63,119 bases of DNA from a plasmid, in assembly GCF_056746865.1 (NCBI RefSeq), contig NZ_JBWKMP010000006.1; one strand, given 5' to 3'. Position numbers and translations under genes: made by a program. Every line of letters starts with the position of its first letter. Positions within the stretch are counted from its first letter, which is position 1. The notes beneath the pieces are model-generated. The model was not told the DNA's origin and did no database searches. It saw nothing but the letters and a program-made list of their open reading frames with translations. Positions 18,041 through 29,288 of this stretch are shown in pieces.

Positions 18041-18703
18041 TTAAAATACTTCGGCTACAGGCATGCCTGCAATCTGCTCCCACTCCTTACGCTTCTCCTG
18101 AATCAGGCGAGGAAAGTCGACAGGGTAATCATATCCTCGACTTGCCATAGCGTGCATGGTGTTTGATGCGGTTTCTGGATGAGTACACCATGATGGAATA
18201 GGAACCATTGGCAGGTTGATGTATTTCGTATGAATTTCCAGTGTTTTGTCGTCTGTTACAGTACGAGTGAAATTATGAATGTCAAAACCGATAACATCCA
18301 TAATGTTGCCTGGATAGATACGGACATACAACATTGTGCCATTTTTAAGGTCAATACCGAAATAAGCTCCCTGAGTTAAAGATAATCCTTCATACCCCTT
18401 CTCTGGAGAGTAGAAGCCTGACTCTTTTATTGTTTGTACAACTTTTCTTATCTTTTCTCTCCTTGTTTTTGCACGTGAATACATCCATATACCTGGCGCA
18501 AGTAATAAGAACCAACTACCAAAAGTGACAACATAATCTTCAATGTTGTCACCATAATAACGAGAACTAAATAACATCAGTGTAGATGTCAGTGCGCAAA
18601 ATAAAAAGAAAGGTATTCCTAAAAAGAAGTAAGCCTTCCTTAATACATAATATAACAACCACCAAGTTGGAAATCTGTCAGTTGTCTCTTTTTTATCTTT
18701 CAT
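18041..18703 (-). CDS. excA: ExcA entry (surface) exclusion protein
   Basis: 220-aa membrane protein immediately downstream of traY; size and position match R64 ExcA as recalled. Confidence 0.8.
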   Translation of the reverse strand: MKDKKETTDRFPTWWLLYYVLRKAYFFLGIPFFLFCALTSTLMLFSSRYYGDNIEDYVVTFGSWFLLLAPGIWMYSRAKTRREKIRKVVQTIKESGFYSPEKGYEGLSLTQGAYFGIDLKNGTMLYVRIYPGNIMDVIGFDIHNFTRTVTDDKTLEIHTKYINLPMVPIPSWCTHPETASNTMHAMASRGYDYPVDFPRLIQEKRKEWEQIAGMPVAEVF

Positions 18704-18831
18704 ATAATGCCTCCCCTCGTACTATCTATTATTTTAATGCCGATGGGGAGGTTGTGCAATAGTGTTTTATTATATTATCCTTTTATTCCGTCCTTGTCGT
18801 CACTTCCTATTATCTTTAACACGATCTGTTT

Positions 18832-21008
18832 TCATTCCGAAGGAGTATGTCGGATATTGCGACTTCCTCCAATAAATATTTCTTTAACAGAATTTGCCAT
18901 GCTGCCAAGAGTGTTGGCTCCATCACGTCCCCCAAGGAAATTAATAACATGATCAGGTAGGTAGGCCTGAAGGGCAAATATGGCAGCTACAGAGGTTGTA
19001 CAAATTCTGGCGTATATCAGCAAGAAACCAGCAAGACTGAAAATACCGGTCAGCGAATTGAACTGTACGTTAACCAGGGCAGCGCCAAATAATGCATTCA
19101 GTATTGTGCCTACGGCGATGATGGCGACAGAAGCAAAGAAAAAACCAAAGACCATGAGGGCGGCCTTATCATACTATCAATTAAGTATATATAACCGTAG
19201 GCTGCCCGACTTCCTCTGTCTTCTGATGTTCCGAGATGTGTTGCAGCCCACAGAGGCCCGGCGGTACATCCTATTAATACGCTGACTATCCAGTTCCCGA
19301 TGCCTGTCATCCAGAAAATAAACGGAATAAATGGCAGGTAAATTGATAAGGAAAATCCAGCACAGAACATCAGGAACAGCAAGAAATAAACAGGTGGTGC
19401 AAGTGCTTCAAACAGCGCGGTAAGCATCGAAGCGGCACCTGTTAGTGAGTTAAAGAATTTTACAAGAATTGAGTTTTGCCACTGGCAACGACAACTCTGA
19501 CCGTTGTATATAGTCCAGATTCCTTCTGCACTTACCATTGTTATATCTCCGATATTTTTCATTTTTATCAGATGGATTAATTTGATCGCTGGTTGTTCCT
19601 GTGCCACTTGTTTCTGTTGCAATCCTGTTAGTGAGACTAACAAGGGGGCCCATAATTTCAGACAAGGCAGATTTAGGATCTTGTGCATTTGCCATTCGTT
19701 GTTCAGTTGGATGATAGTACTGTGCCCAGCGGTGGCGTATAGGAGGAATTCTGCAGTTGCGTCCTGGTAGGCACTCATGACCGCACTGAATAAGTCAGTA
19801 TCACCAACTTCTCCCAGTGATGACATTGAAGTTACAGCTGGAGCTCTGTCAGCCAGCTCTGCCAGACGCTGGTTAGCAGTGGCAAAGGTCTGATACCATG
19901 CGCCAAGCGTTACCCACCCGTAGGTTGTGAGATAAGATTTAAGAGCCTCTTTTCTGGATTGCTCTCCGTTATCAGTGGGTAGCGATTTTTGCACAGCACG
20001 TTCATATTCGTCGGCTGCTTTCTGAATCCGTGTCTCGATATCCGGCAATGTTCCGTTGCCAGAATTTCTTTTTTCCAGAAATGTTGTCACAAACTCACTG
20101 GCAGCGTTGTCCATGTCGCTAATCATATTATCCATGGCTGCACGTTGTGCTGAGATAACACCGCTGTATTCGTTTTTACTGAAGGGATTAAAGAATTTTC
20201 CAATCGTCGATTGATCTGTTGTTCCGTTTCCTTCTACTGACAGGCTGGCTGAACCACAGATACCGCTGCCATTGGATACCGTGACAGTGTAATTACCACT
20301 GGCGGTTTTAGCTGATTCTGTCATCAGTGAAGTCGAGGATTTGGCCGTCTGATTAAAATCATTTAGTCCTGCGTTAACCGCATACTTACACAGTTCCATT
20401 TCAAAAATGCCACGCGCTGCTGTTCGTGTGGATGCCTGAACTGGCTGTACAGTCATTGAATAACCATTTGCGATATTATCAGCGGCAAGTTGCACCATCA
20501 CATTGGCGGACCCAACCCCCATTATCGATGCGCCCCATAACATAATGAGCTGAGCGATACTCCAGCCATTTCCGGTTGGAACGATCATCAGAAAACCTGC
20601 AACGACACTCAGTGTGCCGACGATATCGCGTCCGGTGCTGAATACCTGTCCCTGATGCCCCGAACGCACAACATGACGGATACCAATGAACATAAACCAG
20701 ACAACGGCAAGTACGGCGATGATACTGTTGAACGCCCCGAACATGCTTCCGATCAGAGTGGGGGCGCTGGTTGACAGTGGATTGGTGACTACATCACCGA
20801 ATATCGTGACCAGCGCCTGGCGAGACAGATCGTCAGGATTGGTTGCGGCAGACACAATATCCTGATAGGTCACTGAAGCCATTGCCGGCAGTGAGGATAT
20901 AGCAAGGCCTGCACAGAGTGCGCGAAGTAAAATTTTCACAGTAACTCCGGAATAGAATTGCGTATGGGCAAAGGCCACACAGGATTTAATTAAGGGGGAT
21001 GGCGACAT
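18832..21008 (-). pseudogene. traY: TraY (DotA-like polytopic membrane protein), frameshifted near the A6 run at 19139-19144
   Basis: 632-aa ORF (19110-21008) and 107-aa ORF (18832-19155) overlap in different frames; adding one T/A in the homopolymer joins them (...IRPPSWSLVFFFASVAIIAVG...). Confidence 0.8.
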
Positions 21009-21035
21009 GCCAGTGGTACTGGCATCTGGACGTGA

Positions 21036-21620
21036 TCAGTATTGTTTACTGGTTACGGCAATTAACGTGGCATTGCGCCAGCCATTGCGGTCGTTCAGAA
21101 AATCACGGAAAGTCCCCTGCTCGGGTTCGCTGACTTTTCGTTCATGCAACTGCCAGAGGCGGTATGTAACAATCAGTGCTCTGGAAGCACAAAGAGCGAC
21201 GCCTGACAGTATCAGCACAAGAGTGCTGATGGCGCGTACCAGAGTCGTAAGAGGTAATGAAGAGGCGGCAAAGAGCATACCACTGAGAAACAAAGCGATG
21301 GCCAGCAGACTCCAGCAACAGAATCGCCATACTGTTCTGCGCCGGCGGAAACGACGATCCAGATCGTCTACTGACATATGGCTGGCCTGCAGAGCTTCTT
21401 CCCACGTGAGGTGGAGTTGCGCCTTTTTATTATTTACCTGACGAAATCTGTCCAGCCTGCGTTTTTGTTGTTCCAGCATATGCTGTACAGAATTCGTTAT
21501 CAGGCGAGTCTCCATCAGAGGAACAAAAATGTTAATAATCCCCCGGGTGGCTATGCGGGTTATGGATGGTGATTTTTTGACGTTTTTCGTCTGGTCTGAA
21601 TTTTCCGGTAACTTATTCAT
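21036..21620 (-). CDS. traX: TraX
   Basis: 194-aa ORF with transmembrane segments; assigned by synteny. Confidence 0.65.
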   Translation of the reverse strand: MNKLPENSDQTKNVKKSPSITRIATRGIINIFVPLMETRLITNSVQHMLEQQKRRLDRFRQVNNKKAQLHLTWEEALQASHMSVDDLDRRFRRRRTVWRFCCWSLLAIALFLSGMLFAASSLPLTTLVRAISTLVLILSGVALCASRALIVTYRLWQLHERKVSEPEQGTFRDFLNDRNGWRNATLIAVTSKQY

Positions 21621-21648
21621 TTTTTCAGTCCTGTTCTGACGTCAGCTT

Positions 21649-22851
21649 TCAACGTGCGTTTGCCTGATTGATTGTTTTCTCAAGGCTACCGAGTTGTTTT
21701 TCATAATACTGGCGGGCGGTCAGAGCCAGTTGCTGGCCAGAGATAACATTACCCTGGCGGATCTGTTCTTTCAGATCGTTCAGCTGCCAGTTCATTTGCG
21801 CAGTGATTCTTACCAGTTCACGGAGCAGGTTATCCCCCTGCATTTCCTGTAAATCCACCAGGTATGCTGTGTTGGCGTAGCGCCGGCCAGCCTCAAAAGC
21901 TTCAAACTCACGGGTACTCATATATCCCCGTGCTTTTGCTTCTGGTGAAGCCACCTGGTCGAAGTAAGCGGCCGCTGAGTCTGACTGCAGTGTTTCAGCC
22001 AGTGCTTTACGTGTGCTTTCATTAGGCGTGCTGTCAGCAATCAGCGTCAGTTGGGGATTCGACGCAGAATCAATGATGCCGTTGTATTCGTTCTGGAGTC
22101 CGACGTAGGTTCGCCCACTCTGGGTATTCACTTCTCCTTTACCCAGAGCACGACCGGCAGAGGGGCGGGAAGTGTTTTTCATGTAAGCCGTCGCTGCATC
22201 TATTTGCTTCTGATCCCATGTCAGTGCTGCAGGTGTGTCCGCTGTACCTGCGCCGTGGTAAATCGAGCGTACCTGACTGTCTCCACCTGGTATTTCGCCC
22301 ACAGAAGGACAAACGGCGGTTCCTCCAAAACGTGCATATTCTGCTTCTGTACAGTAACTGGCGTGTATGGCCGCGCCATCATAAGCTTCCCGCACGGGAG
22401 AGTTTGCTGCGCTGGCCAGACGGTCGCGGATGCTACGGTTGCTCACACCGCCACCTTTACTGAGTTTTGAGGCTGCGGATGCTGAGGCACTTTTGCTTTC
22501 TGTTGCAATCCCTGATGCGGATTCACTGCAGATGGAGTCTGGCACGGTGAAGCTTTTCCGTGCCTCCTCGAGGCGCTGAGTTTCATTACTGAAAATCATC
22601 TGCTGACGTGTCGCCTGTCCGTTCTGGGCAATGACACTTGCCAGCTTTTCAGAGTTCTGATTGATAGCGGTACCCGTGGCTGTCTGGGTACTCAGTATGT
22701 CACTCAGCACACCTTTGATGGCCTCCATTCTGGGGACGACCTGCTGTTCAACGGGACGGCTGGCGACGACGGTGACTGAATAAGCATGAGCCTGGCATGC
22801 CGTTCCACTCAGGATGGCTATAAGGGCTGCGAGTAATGTTTTTCTTTGCAT
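21649..22851 (-). CDS. traW: TraW
   Basis: 400-aa ORF with a signal peptide; assigned by synteny. Confidence 0.7.
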   Translation of the reverse strand: MQRKTLLAALIAILSGTACQAHAYSVTVVASRPVEQQVVPRMEAIKGVLSDILSTQTATGTAINQNSEKLASVIAQNGQATRQQMIFSNETQRLEEARKSFTVPDSICSESASGIATESKSASASAASKLSKGGGVSNRSIRDRLASAANSPVREAYDGAAIHASYCTEAEYARFGGTAVCPSVGEIPGGDSQVRSIYHGAGTADTPAALTWDQKQIDAATAYMKNTSRPSAGRALGKGEVNTQSGRTYVGLQNEYNGIIDSASNPQLTLIADSTPNESTRKALAETLQSDSAAAYFDQVASPEAKARGYMSTREFEAFEAGRRYANTAYLVDLQEMQGDNLLRELVRITAQMNWQLNDLKEQIRQGNVISGQQLALTARQYYEKQLGSLEKTINQANAR

Positions 22852-23432
22852 TTTATTGTCTCCTGCTCGGGGTGGAGCACAAGGTCAGGAAGGCTGTCGT
22901 ATTTTCTGTCTTCAGGTAGTGGGGCCAGTGGGAAACACTGATATCGCCTGGTGATATAACCTTTCCTGTTCCGGTTATCGATGATGCTGAAAGAACGACG
23001 TCTGACGCGCCGTAAGGTGGAAGGGTCAGTATCCATAACAGGCCAGTCACCGGCACTCAGTGCCGGCGTTCCGGGAACGGATGGCCATAACCAGGTATCA
23101 TCGGACATCAGCGAAGCCAGCGGTGAAGGGAGTATCCACTGGATGACATGCTGAACGTCGAATGGTGCTTCATCCGGGACAGAAACCTGCCATATTGCCG
23201 TTGTTATCAGCTCATCTGTGCTGGACGGCAACAACAGCCGCATGCCTGTAACCTTTCCCTGTGTTCTGGCATCCGAGGCGTATATCACTCTGGGATTGGG
23301 GGCCGGATGTAACCTGAAGACACGTGACGGCAGAGTGAATGAGAAACTGTCACCTTTTACCTCAAGTTTTTTAAGAAATACCTGCCCTCTGGCAGGTCTC
23401 CGGCAGCGTGGGGTGATATGAATTGTACACAT
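22818..23432 (-). CDS. traV: TraV
   Basis: 204-aa ORF; assigned by synteny. Confidence 0.65.
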   Translation of the reverse strand: MCTIHITPRCRRPARGQVFLKKLEVKGDSFSFTLPSRVFRLHPAPNPRVIYASDARTQGKVTGMRLLLPSSTDELITTAIWQVSVPDEAPFDVQHVIQWILPSPLASLMSDDTWLWPSVPGTPALSAGDWPVMDTDPSTLRRVRRRSFSIIDNRNRKGYITRRYQCFPLAPLPEDRKYDSLPDLVLHPEQETIKCKEKHYSQPL

Positions 23433-26400
23433 CAGAGATTGTATCCCTGTTTTCGGATGAGCTCCGAGGCCAGTTCTTCAATAACATTGTCACTGTTATG
23501 TTGGCCCGCCCGGTGCTCAATTAATGACGTTGCAGAACCTCTGGGGAAGTTTTCGGCCAGAATCTTACGTGCCCGAACTGAACCTAACTTATTTGTCAGT
23601 GTTTTACGCAGGGCACTGTCTTTTGGCGATGAGTTCAGCGCCCATAGCTCCAGTGGACCGACGGTAAATTTGAGTATTCTCGCAAGCGTGCCACTTTTTA
23701 CCCTGAATACTCCCAGAACAGGAACACCACTACCATCTGGTGCCGGGCCTTCCGGCATTTTCAGGAAGCGTTTCAGCATAAATTCAGGAACGTTGAAGTT
23801 ATCCCTCAGTACGGGGATATCTTCGGGTTTGTAGCGCAGTAACCAGAGAGTATTTGCTGACTTAAGAACGCTTTCCGGGTAGTCCCTCAGATACTGCGTA
23901 CTCAGAACCGTGCGGATAGCAAACTTGCGTTGCTCACGCTCCTGGGTATCCAGATTTTCCCAGATGAAGTCAATGCCCCGGGCGTTATGCAGTTCATCAT
24001 AAACTTTTGTCTTAACCTCCTGATCAAGTTGGTTAATACGTTTAAGAGCGATTTCATGGTATTCCCGTGGAAGCTGCTTTAACACTTCATCCCTGTATTG
24101 TGGCAGGGTGAAGTCACCACCGGCGATCTGACCTGCAAGCAGGTACATGATGCCGGTTTTAAGCCTGCCTGCAGGCGTTTTGTCACCGGCAACATTATTC
24201 AGATCGACAGCGATGACCCGGGTTTCCGGGTTGATCATAAACCGGGTATACCCGGATATCATGGGGTAGTCGTTATGTCCCTGCTCGAGAGCGCGGCGGA
24301 TGTAGTCCAGCAGAAGTTCGTTTGAACCATCACGCTGAACAGTACCGAAAACATCCCTGAGACTGGTATGGCCCAGCATCGAGGACACTTCGGGAAGCTG
24401 GGGCATTGCCTGATAATGTGCCCGCTGAGCCGCCATGATATACCCGGCATTGTGGAGCATATCCCGGACTTCGAACCAGGTTGATCTGGCCCACCAGGCT
24501 GCATCATGTTTTTCATACAGTCCCGAGTCCTGCAGTGCTGAATCCACCAGTTCTTCCGTTGAGGCGCGATAAAGTCGCGGATTATTTTCACCGTACTCTT
24601 TAAAAGCCAGCTCGATAAGCTGGTTGATAATTTGTCGGGTGTCTCCGGGGTTACAGGGTTGACCGGTACCGGTATCGACACAGAGAGCACACAGCACCGA
24701 TGACATGAAATTCTTTTCCGGCGTAATAGGCTTTTTAGCGCCGTACATCACGTCAAAAAGGTTACGGGTGTATTCCGGATCATTGCTCAGAATAATACCG
24801 ACAGCTTCGTCTTTTCTTTCCGGAGGAAGACTGTCGCGAATAAGCTGAACCAGTCCCTGAGCACTGTATCCCTTATCGATATAGGCAATGAAGGGCAGGT
24901 TTTTCTGAGCAGATGATATCTGTATTTCCGACAATGTATTAATCAGAACTGATTTACCCAGTCCCGGATCGCCTGGTGCGAGTTCTGTATGTTTATTTTG
25001 TTGGGATGACGCCAGACCAACCTCAATTGCGGAACCGTCTTCTGTATGTAACATCAGATTCCCTTTGCCTCGCCAGACAGAGCCTGCCCTGTTAAGCGGG
25101 AAAAGCGAGATGGCATGTGACAACGGGGGATACAGGGGAACCGGGCCGGAGCCTCCGGATGCCGCGAGAATGGTATTCACCCAGGCGCGTCGGGGATCGC
25201 CAAATGTTGTCGTGGTGCCACATACGCCCCAGCCTTCAATGGCTGATTTCAGAATGGCCTGGTTTCGTGTGCATATTTCACGTGTTTTTCCCCACGTGGA
25301 GGCCATGATGGTCATTATGCAGACAGGTTCTTTTTCATCCGTTGCCGCCAGGGCCATAACGGATTCATACATTGGACGAACGGCAGAAATGAAGCTGCTG
25401 TAAGTCAGAAGCGTTTTCTTCAGATTAAGAGCCTTCATCCCGCCGGGCATCAGATCCATTCTGATGCGCCAGGGGACTGCGCGGGGGACGGCACGGACCA
25501 GTTCGTTAAACGTCTGCAGATTTTGCGGAGGTAAAGTAATCGATACCATTCCGTGCCAGAGTCCGCCCGCCTGAACCAGGTTGCCCTGTGTGGTCACCTG
25601 AGTGTTGAATAACTGCAAATGCAATGAAGGAGCATGTAGTACGGATTCATCGTCAGTCCAGCGATATCCCGCTGGCTGGGCATCTTCAGGCAGGTGGGGT
25701 TGCCAGTTACGCGGTGTGCTGTGCCGTTCTGTCTGACGACGTATTTCACGCCCGACCTCGTGTATATCCAGTAGCCGGAGAATCAGGCCATCAGATGAAT
25801 GTCTCAGTGCCTGTTCCACATTATCAAGAAAAGCTTCGTGGCGGATTTTCAGTGCAGATAAGGTCCACTGCCAGGGGGACTGGGCAAAGCGTGCTTTCGG
25901 TACCCGTTCAGCCAGTCTTCTGACAAGCTCATCATGGGCGGTGCGATCGCTGTTGCTGATAAGGTCGGGTCCACTCCAGATCGCCAGCCAGCAACGCTCC
26001 CGGACCAGCCATGGGGACAGTGTTGTGACTTTCTCATCGACCACATCCTGTAACTGGATACCTGTATTAGCCAGTGAGCGCTTTTGTGGGGCGACCATGT
26101 CTTCGATTTCTTCTTTCCCCATGTCAGGATCACGCTCAAAAACGAAGCTGATTTTATGACCGCTGTTTTTATATGCCGTATTCAGGCTGTCACTCATGCT
26201 GGTGATCAGCGATTCCAGTGAACCTGGGCCAGTCTGGTCGGATGCTTCATCCATTTCCCTGAAAGCACCGCTGACTTCAAAGACAGAGAGATATTCTCCA
26301 CGCTTTGTGGCTGCAATATAGGGCGAATTCAGCCATGGGCGACGTTCACGATCCTGTCTGTCCAGACCAATTACAGTACGTAAATCGCAATACTCAACAA

Positions 26401-26476
26401 AACTGCTTGCGACAGAGAAACGGGATAGCGTGTTCAGACAGTCTTCGATAGTGAAGATTAAACGGTTTATGTTCAT
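23432..26476 (-). CDS. traU: TraU (DotO/IcmB-like ATPase)
   Basis: 1014 aa from ATG (26476, MNINRLIFTIEDCL...), matching the recalled size of R64 TraU; the ORF-track start at 26569 is an upstream extension. Confidence 0.8.
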   Translation of the reverse strand: MNINRLIFTIEDCLNTLSRFSVASSFVEYCDLRTVIGLDRQDRERRPWLNSPYIAATKRGEYLSVFEVSGAFREMDEASDQTGPGSLESLITSMSDSLNTAYKNSGHKISFVFERDPDMGKEEIEDMVAPQKRSLANTGIQLQDVVDEKVTTLSPWLVRERCWLAIWSGPDLISNSDRTAHDELVRRLAERVPKARFAQSPWQWTLSALKIRHEAFLDNVEQALRHSSDGLILRLLDIHEVGREIRRQTERHSTPRNWQPHLPEDAQPAGYRWTDDESVLHAPSLHLQLFNTQVTTQGNLVQAGGLWHGMVSITLPPQNLQTFNELVRAVPRAVPWRIRMDLMPGGMKALNLKKTLLTYSSFISAVRPMYESVMALAATDEKEPVCIMTIMASTWGKTREICTRNQAILKSAIEGWGVCGTTTTFGDPRRAWVNTILAASGGSGPVPLYPPLSHAISLFPLNRAGSVWRGKGNLMLHTEDGSAIEVGLASSQQNKHTELAPGDPGLGKSVLINTLSEIQISSAQKNLPFIAYIDKGYSAQGLVQLIRDSLPPERKDEAVGIILSNDPEYTRNLFDVMYGAKKPITPEKNFMSSVLCALCVDTGTGQPCNPGDTRQIINQLIELAFKEYGENNPRLYRASTEELVDSALQDSGLYEKHDAAWWARSTWFEVRDMLHNAGYIMAAQRAHYQAMPQLPEVSSMLGHTSLRDVFGTVQRDGSNELLLDYIRRALEQGHNDYPMISGYTRFMINPETRVIAVDLNNVAGDKTPAGRLKTGIMYLLAGQIAGGDFTLPQYRDEVLKQLPREYHEIALKRINQLDQEVKTKVYDELHNARGIDFIWENLDTQEREQRKFAIRTVLSTQYLRDYPESVLKSANTLWLLRYKPEDIPVLRDNFNVPEFMLKRFLKMPEGPAPDGSGVPVLGVFRVKSGTLARILKFTVGPLELWALNSSPKDSALRKTLTNKLGSVRARKILAENFPRGSATSLIEHRAGQHNSDNVIEELASELIRKQGYNL

Positions 26477-26565
26477 AGGTGAGGGAACTCCGGACTTACA
26501 GGAGGGAGGTTTGTGCAGTTTGATTTTTTTAATGCCACCCCGCGCTGGAGTGGCATGAAGAAAAA

Positions 26566-27366
26566 TCAATCAACGTATTCTTTTTTGATGAATGAATCTG
26601 GTGTCAGAATCAGGGCAATCCCGTTCATTTTTTCACGCAGGGGCGAACGACCGGAAGGTGGATAGCGACGAAAAACGTCAGCGAAATCGGCCGGGCGGAA
26701 ACTGCGGAATTTATCCTCAACCGCCAGTCTGTTTTGCATCAGTGCAGAGAGCGCTTCCCGTCCCCGCCGGACCCGGAACTTATCATTACTGAAAACTTCC
26801 TGTAATGAACGACGGTTAAGGGCCACGACCGTGGATGGATGAAGGTCGGGTAGCCACACCATAACGCCCTGTGCTGCGGCATAACCATTCAGTGAATGCC
26901 AGGCGTGGCAGAAAGCACATAAGCTGTAAGGCGGGCCGTCTTCATGAAACAGTTCCTGCTCTTTCTCTGACAACGACTCTGTACTGGTGATTTCAGCTTT
27001 CTGTACATGGCGGAGTGAAAGACGTCTGGCAGACAGACGGGCCTGCTCAAGCGCCCGTTCAGCGGCTTTTACTGCCGTGTTGTACTTTTCCTTTTCGCCG
27101 GTTGCGACTGGTTCACCACGCTTTTTTAACTTATCCAGATGTTCTGTGGCCTTATTAAGACGAACTCGTGTGTCACTGATTGTGTCGGTAAGCTGTCTGA
27201 GTGGCCATGAGTCATCCAGTCTGAAACGGTGCCTGACGTTTTGCCGGCAGCAGATACATCGACCGGGCGTTGTTAATTCCGGTTCCGGTAACAGTGGCTC
27301 CTGTGTATGAACCACATCAATTTCTGGAAAGGGATACAACCACAAGTCTTTAATGCTGTGTTGCAT
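26566..27366 (-). CDS. traT: TraT
   Basis: 266-aa ORF; assigned by synteny. Confidence 0.65.
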   Translation of the reverse strand: MQHSIKDLWLYPFPEIDVVHTQEPLLPEPELTTPGRCICCRQNVRHRFRLDDSWPLRQLTDTISDTRVRLNKATEHLDKLKKRGEPVATGEKEKYNTAVKAAERALEQARLSARRLSLRHVQKAEITSTESLSEKEQELFHEDGPPYSLCAFCHAWHSLNGYAAAQGVMVWLPDLHPSTVVALNRRSLQEVFSNDKFRVRRGREALSALMQNRLAVEDKFRSFRPADFADVFRRYPPSGRSPLREKMNGIALILTPDSFIKKEYVD

Positions 27367-27538
27367 GAGCAGGCTCCGTACTGGTGTAACGTTTCACGGC
27401 TTCCAGAATGATGTTTGCGATTTCATCGGAACAGCATTCTGCAAAAATGAATTCCTGATCGTCCCGACTGTCGTGGGCAATCACATTGCCGTTTTCTGTT
27501 CGTCGTAACGTTATGTGCTCCGGGCTCCAGGCAGACAT
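27350..27538 (-). CDS. traS: TraS
   Basis: 62-aa ORF overlapping the traT start; assigned by synteny. Confidence 0.5.
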   Translation of the reverse strand: MSAWSPEHITLRRTENGNVIAHDSRDDQEFIFAECCSDEIANIILEAVKRYTSTEPAHATQH

Positions 27539-27601
27539 ATGTGCCTCCTTGTATTGCCGAACAGGAAGGGCACCGGATAAATGCCAGTGCCCTGGACAAG
27601 A

Positions 27602-28006
27602 TTAGCCAATGGAAATTGAGGAAATCCCCAACTGTTTCTGGCTGCGACTCATCATTTCAGGTCCGGCGACAAGTACCGCCCCAATGACGATAGATACAAT
27701 GCAACTAGCCAGTCCCATCCCCCCTTGTTTCCCAACTTTTTTCAGGCCAATCAGGCCCCCGAGAAACAGAATTACGCCGATGAACTGCGCAATAGTCAGT
27801 GATGATGACTGTGCTGTTTTGGCACCTTGTTCGACATTGCGAACCATATCGGCAAGATCTCCATCGGCAAGAACGGCTTTGGGCAGCAACATCATGGGAA
27901 TGAGCAGCAGGAACTTAGTCAGTTTGCTCCGGCATGACATTACAAACAGTTGTGCGTGGATAAATGCGGCGTACAGACGGGCCGCTACGACACGAATACG
28001 TGACAT
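27602..28006 (-). CDS. traR: TraR (small membrane protein)
   Basis: 134-aa hydrophobic ORF; assigned by synteny. Confidence 0.6.
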   Translation of the reverse strand: MSRIRVVAARLYAAFIHAQLFVMSCRSKLTKFLLLIPMMLLPKAVLADGDLADMVRNVEQGAKTAQSSSLTIAQFIGVILFLGGLIGLKKVGKQGGMGLASCIVSIVIGAVLVAGPEMMSRSQKQLGISSISIG

Positions 28007-28056
28007 AGTTTCTCCTTAAATGGATATATCAGTGGTTTATATGAAGGTGAAAAAAA

Positions 28057-28584
28057 TCAGAAGACGATTCCAATGCTTGCCAGCAGGGCATTGAGGACAC
28101 GATCGATAAAGACCAGCAGGACGCCGGCAATAAATTTGACGTTTCCCTTACTGACGGATTCACTGGCACTCAGTGCGGTATGTCCATCGAGTCCGGCCTT
28201 GCGCCAGATGGATATCCCGTTCATTACAAATCCAACACCGGCCAGCTTGGCCAGCGACAGAACTGCATTTGCTGCGCCAGCAGCAGCGCCAAACGTCTGA
28301 GGTTGTACATATGCAATCGGGCCAAATGAGTCAGCCCTGAATCCCATTTGTACGCCTCCGGCGTTAATCATTGCCGGGAGTGATACGAGCATGCAGCTGG
28401 TTAACATCCCCGCAATAAATTTTCCGGGAGACATTTTTACCGGACCGGCTGAACGGGCGCGGGCAAACAGGGTAATCATGCTGATCACCCCGATGAATTC
28501 TCCCCAGGTAAACAGGAAATCCATTCCGGCACTGAAAATACTGCTGGCAAAGTTCTCAATGGCGGTCAGGGCATCCATGTTCAT
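28057..28584 (-). CDS. traQ: TraQ (membrane protein)
   Basis: 175-aa hydrophobic ORF; assigned by synteny. Confidence 0.65.
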   Translation of the reverse strand: MNMDALTAIENFASSIFSAGMDFLFTWGEFIGVISMITLFARARSAGPVKMSPGKFIAGMLTSCMLVSLPAMINAGGVQMGFRADSFGPIAYVQPQTFGAAAGAANAVLSLAKLAGVGFVMNGISIWRKAGLDGHTALSASESVSKGNVKFIAGVLLVFIDRVLNALLASIGIVF

Positions 28585-29288
28585 CAGCGTAACGTCCCTG
28601 CACTGGTGATGATGGTCCGGGTAGTCGGATCAATCCGCTGGATCACCACATTGCCCAGCGTCTGACCTTCTCTGACAGCCCAGGTACTACCCTGCCAGCG
28701 AATCCAGGCCATACCAGTTTCCATCGACATGATTTTCATTCCGTTAAGTACAGACGACGTTTTTTTCTTTGCTGGATGCGGTGTGGAAGAGGATTCAGTG
28801 ACGCTTTTCTGTGTCATTATTCCGTTCAGGCGGCTCCGGATATCATCCAGCTGACGGCGTGTTTCCTGTGCGTATTCTTCATCCTTTTTTATAGCTTCGC
28901 CCAGCTTGTTAATGCTGTCGTGAAGCATATTCAGTGTTGCCTGAATTTTTTCATCGCGGTTATCCAGCTCTGTTTTTACATCCCGGGCAAGCTGGCTCAT
29001 ATCTTCTCCTGTCCGGACAGTCATAGTCTCAGTGGACTGAACGGAAGGTGATGATTCTTGTGTGGTTTGCCAGGTCTGTACGCCAGCATCCGCATCATTA
29101 AACGGAGGCATGCCTGTTTCCGATGGCGCTCTCAGGAACAGATACCATATGGCTGCGAGCAACACGACTGCACATAGCCCCCATGTTGCTACAGATATCC
29201 CCCAGACGGAACGTTTCCAGAAGGGGGCGGGTTTCTCTTCGGGTTCACCGAAGCTGCCGGTTTCATCTATTTCTGTTTCAGGTTTCAT
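28584..29288 (-). CDS. traP: TraP
   Basis: 234-aa ORF with one transmembrane segment and a coiled-coil-like region; assigned by synteny. Confidence 0.65.
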   Translation of the reverse strand: MKPETEIDETGSFGEPEEKPAPFWKRSVWGISVATWGLCAVVLLAAIWYLFLRAPSETGMPPFNDADAGVQTWQTTQESSPSVQSTETMTVRTGEDMSQLARDVKTELDNRDEKIQATLNMLHDSINKLGEAIKKDEEYAQETRRQLDDIRSRLNGIMTQKSVTESSSTPHPAKKKTSSVLNGMKIMSMETGMAWIRWQGSTWAVREGQTLGNVVIQRIDPTTRTIITSAGTLR

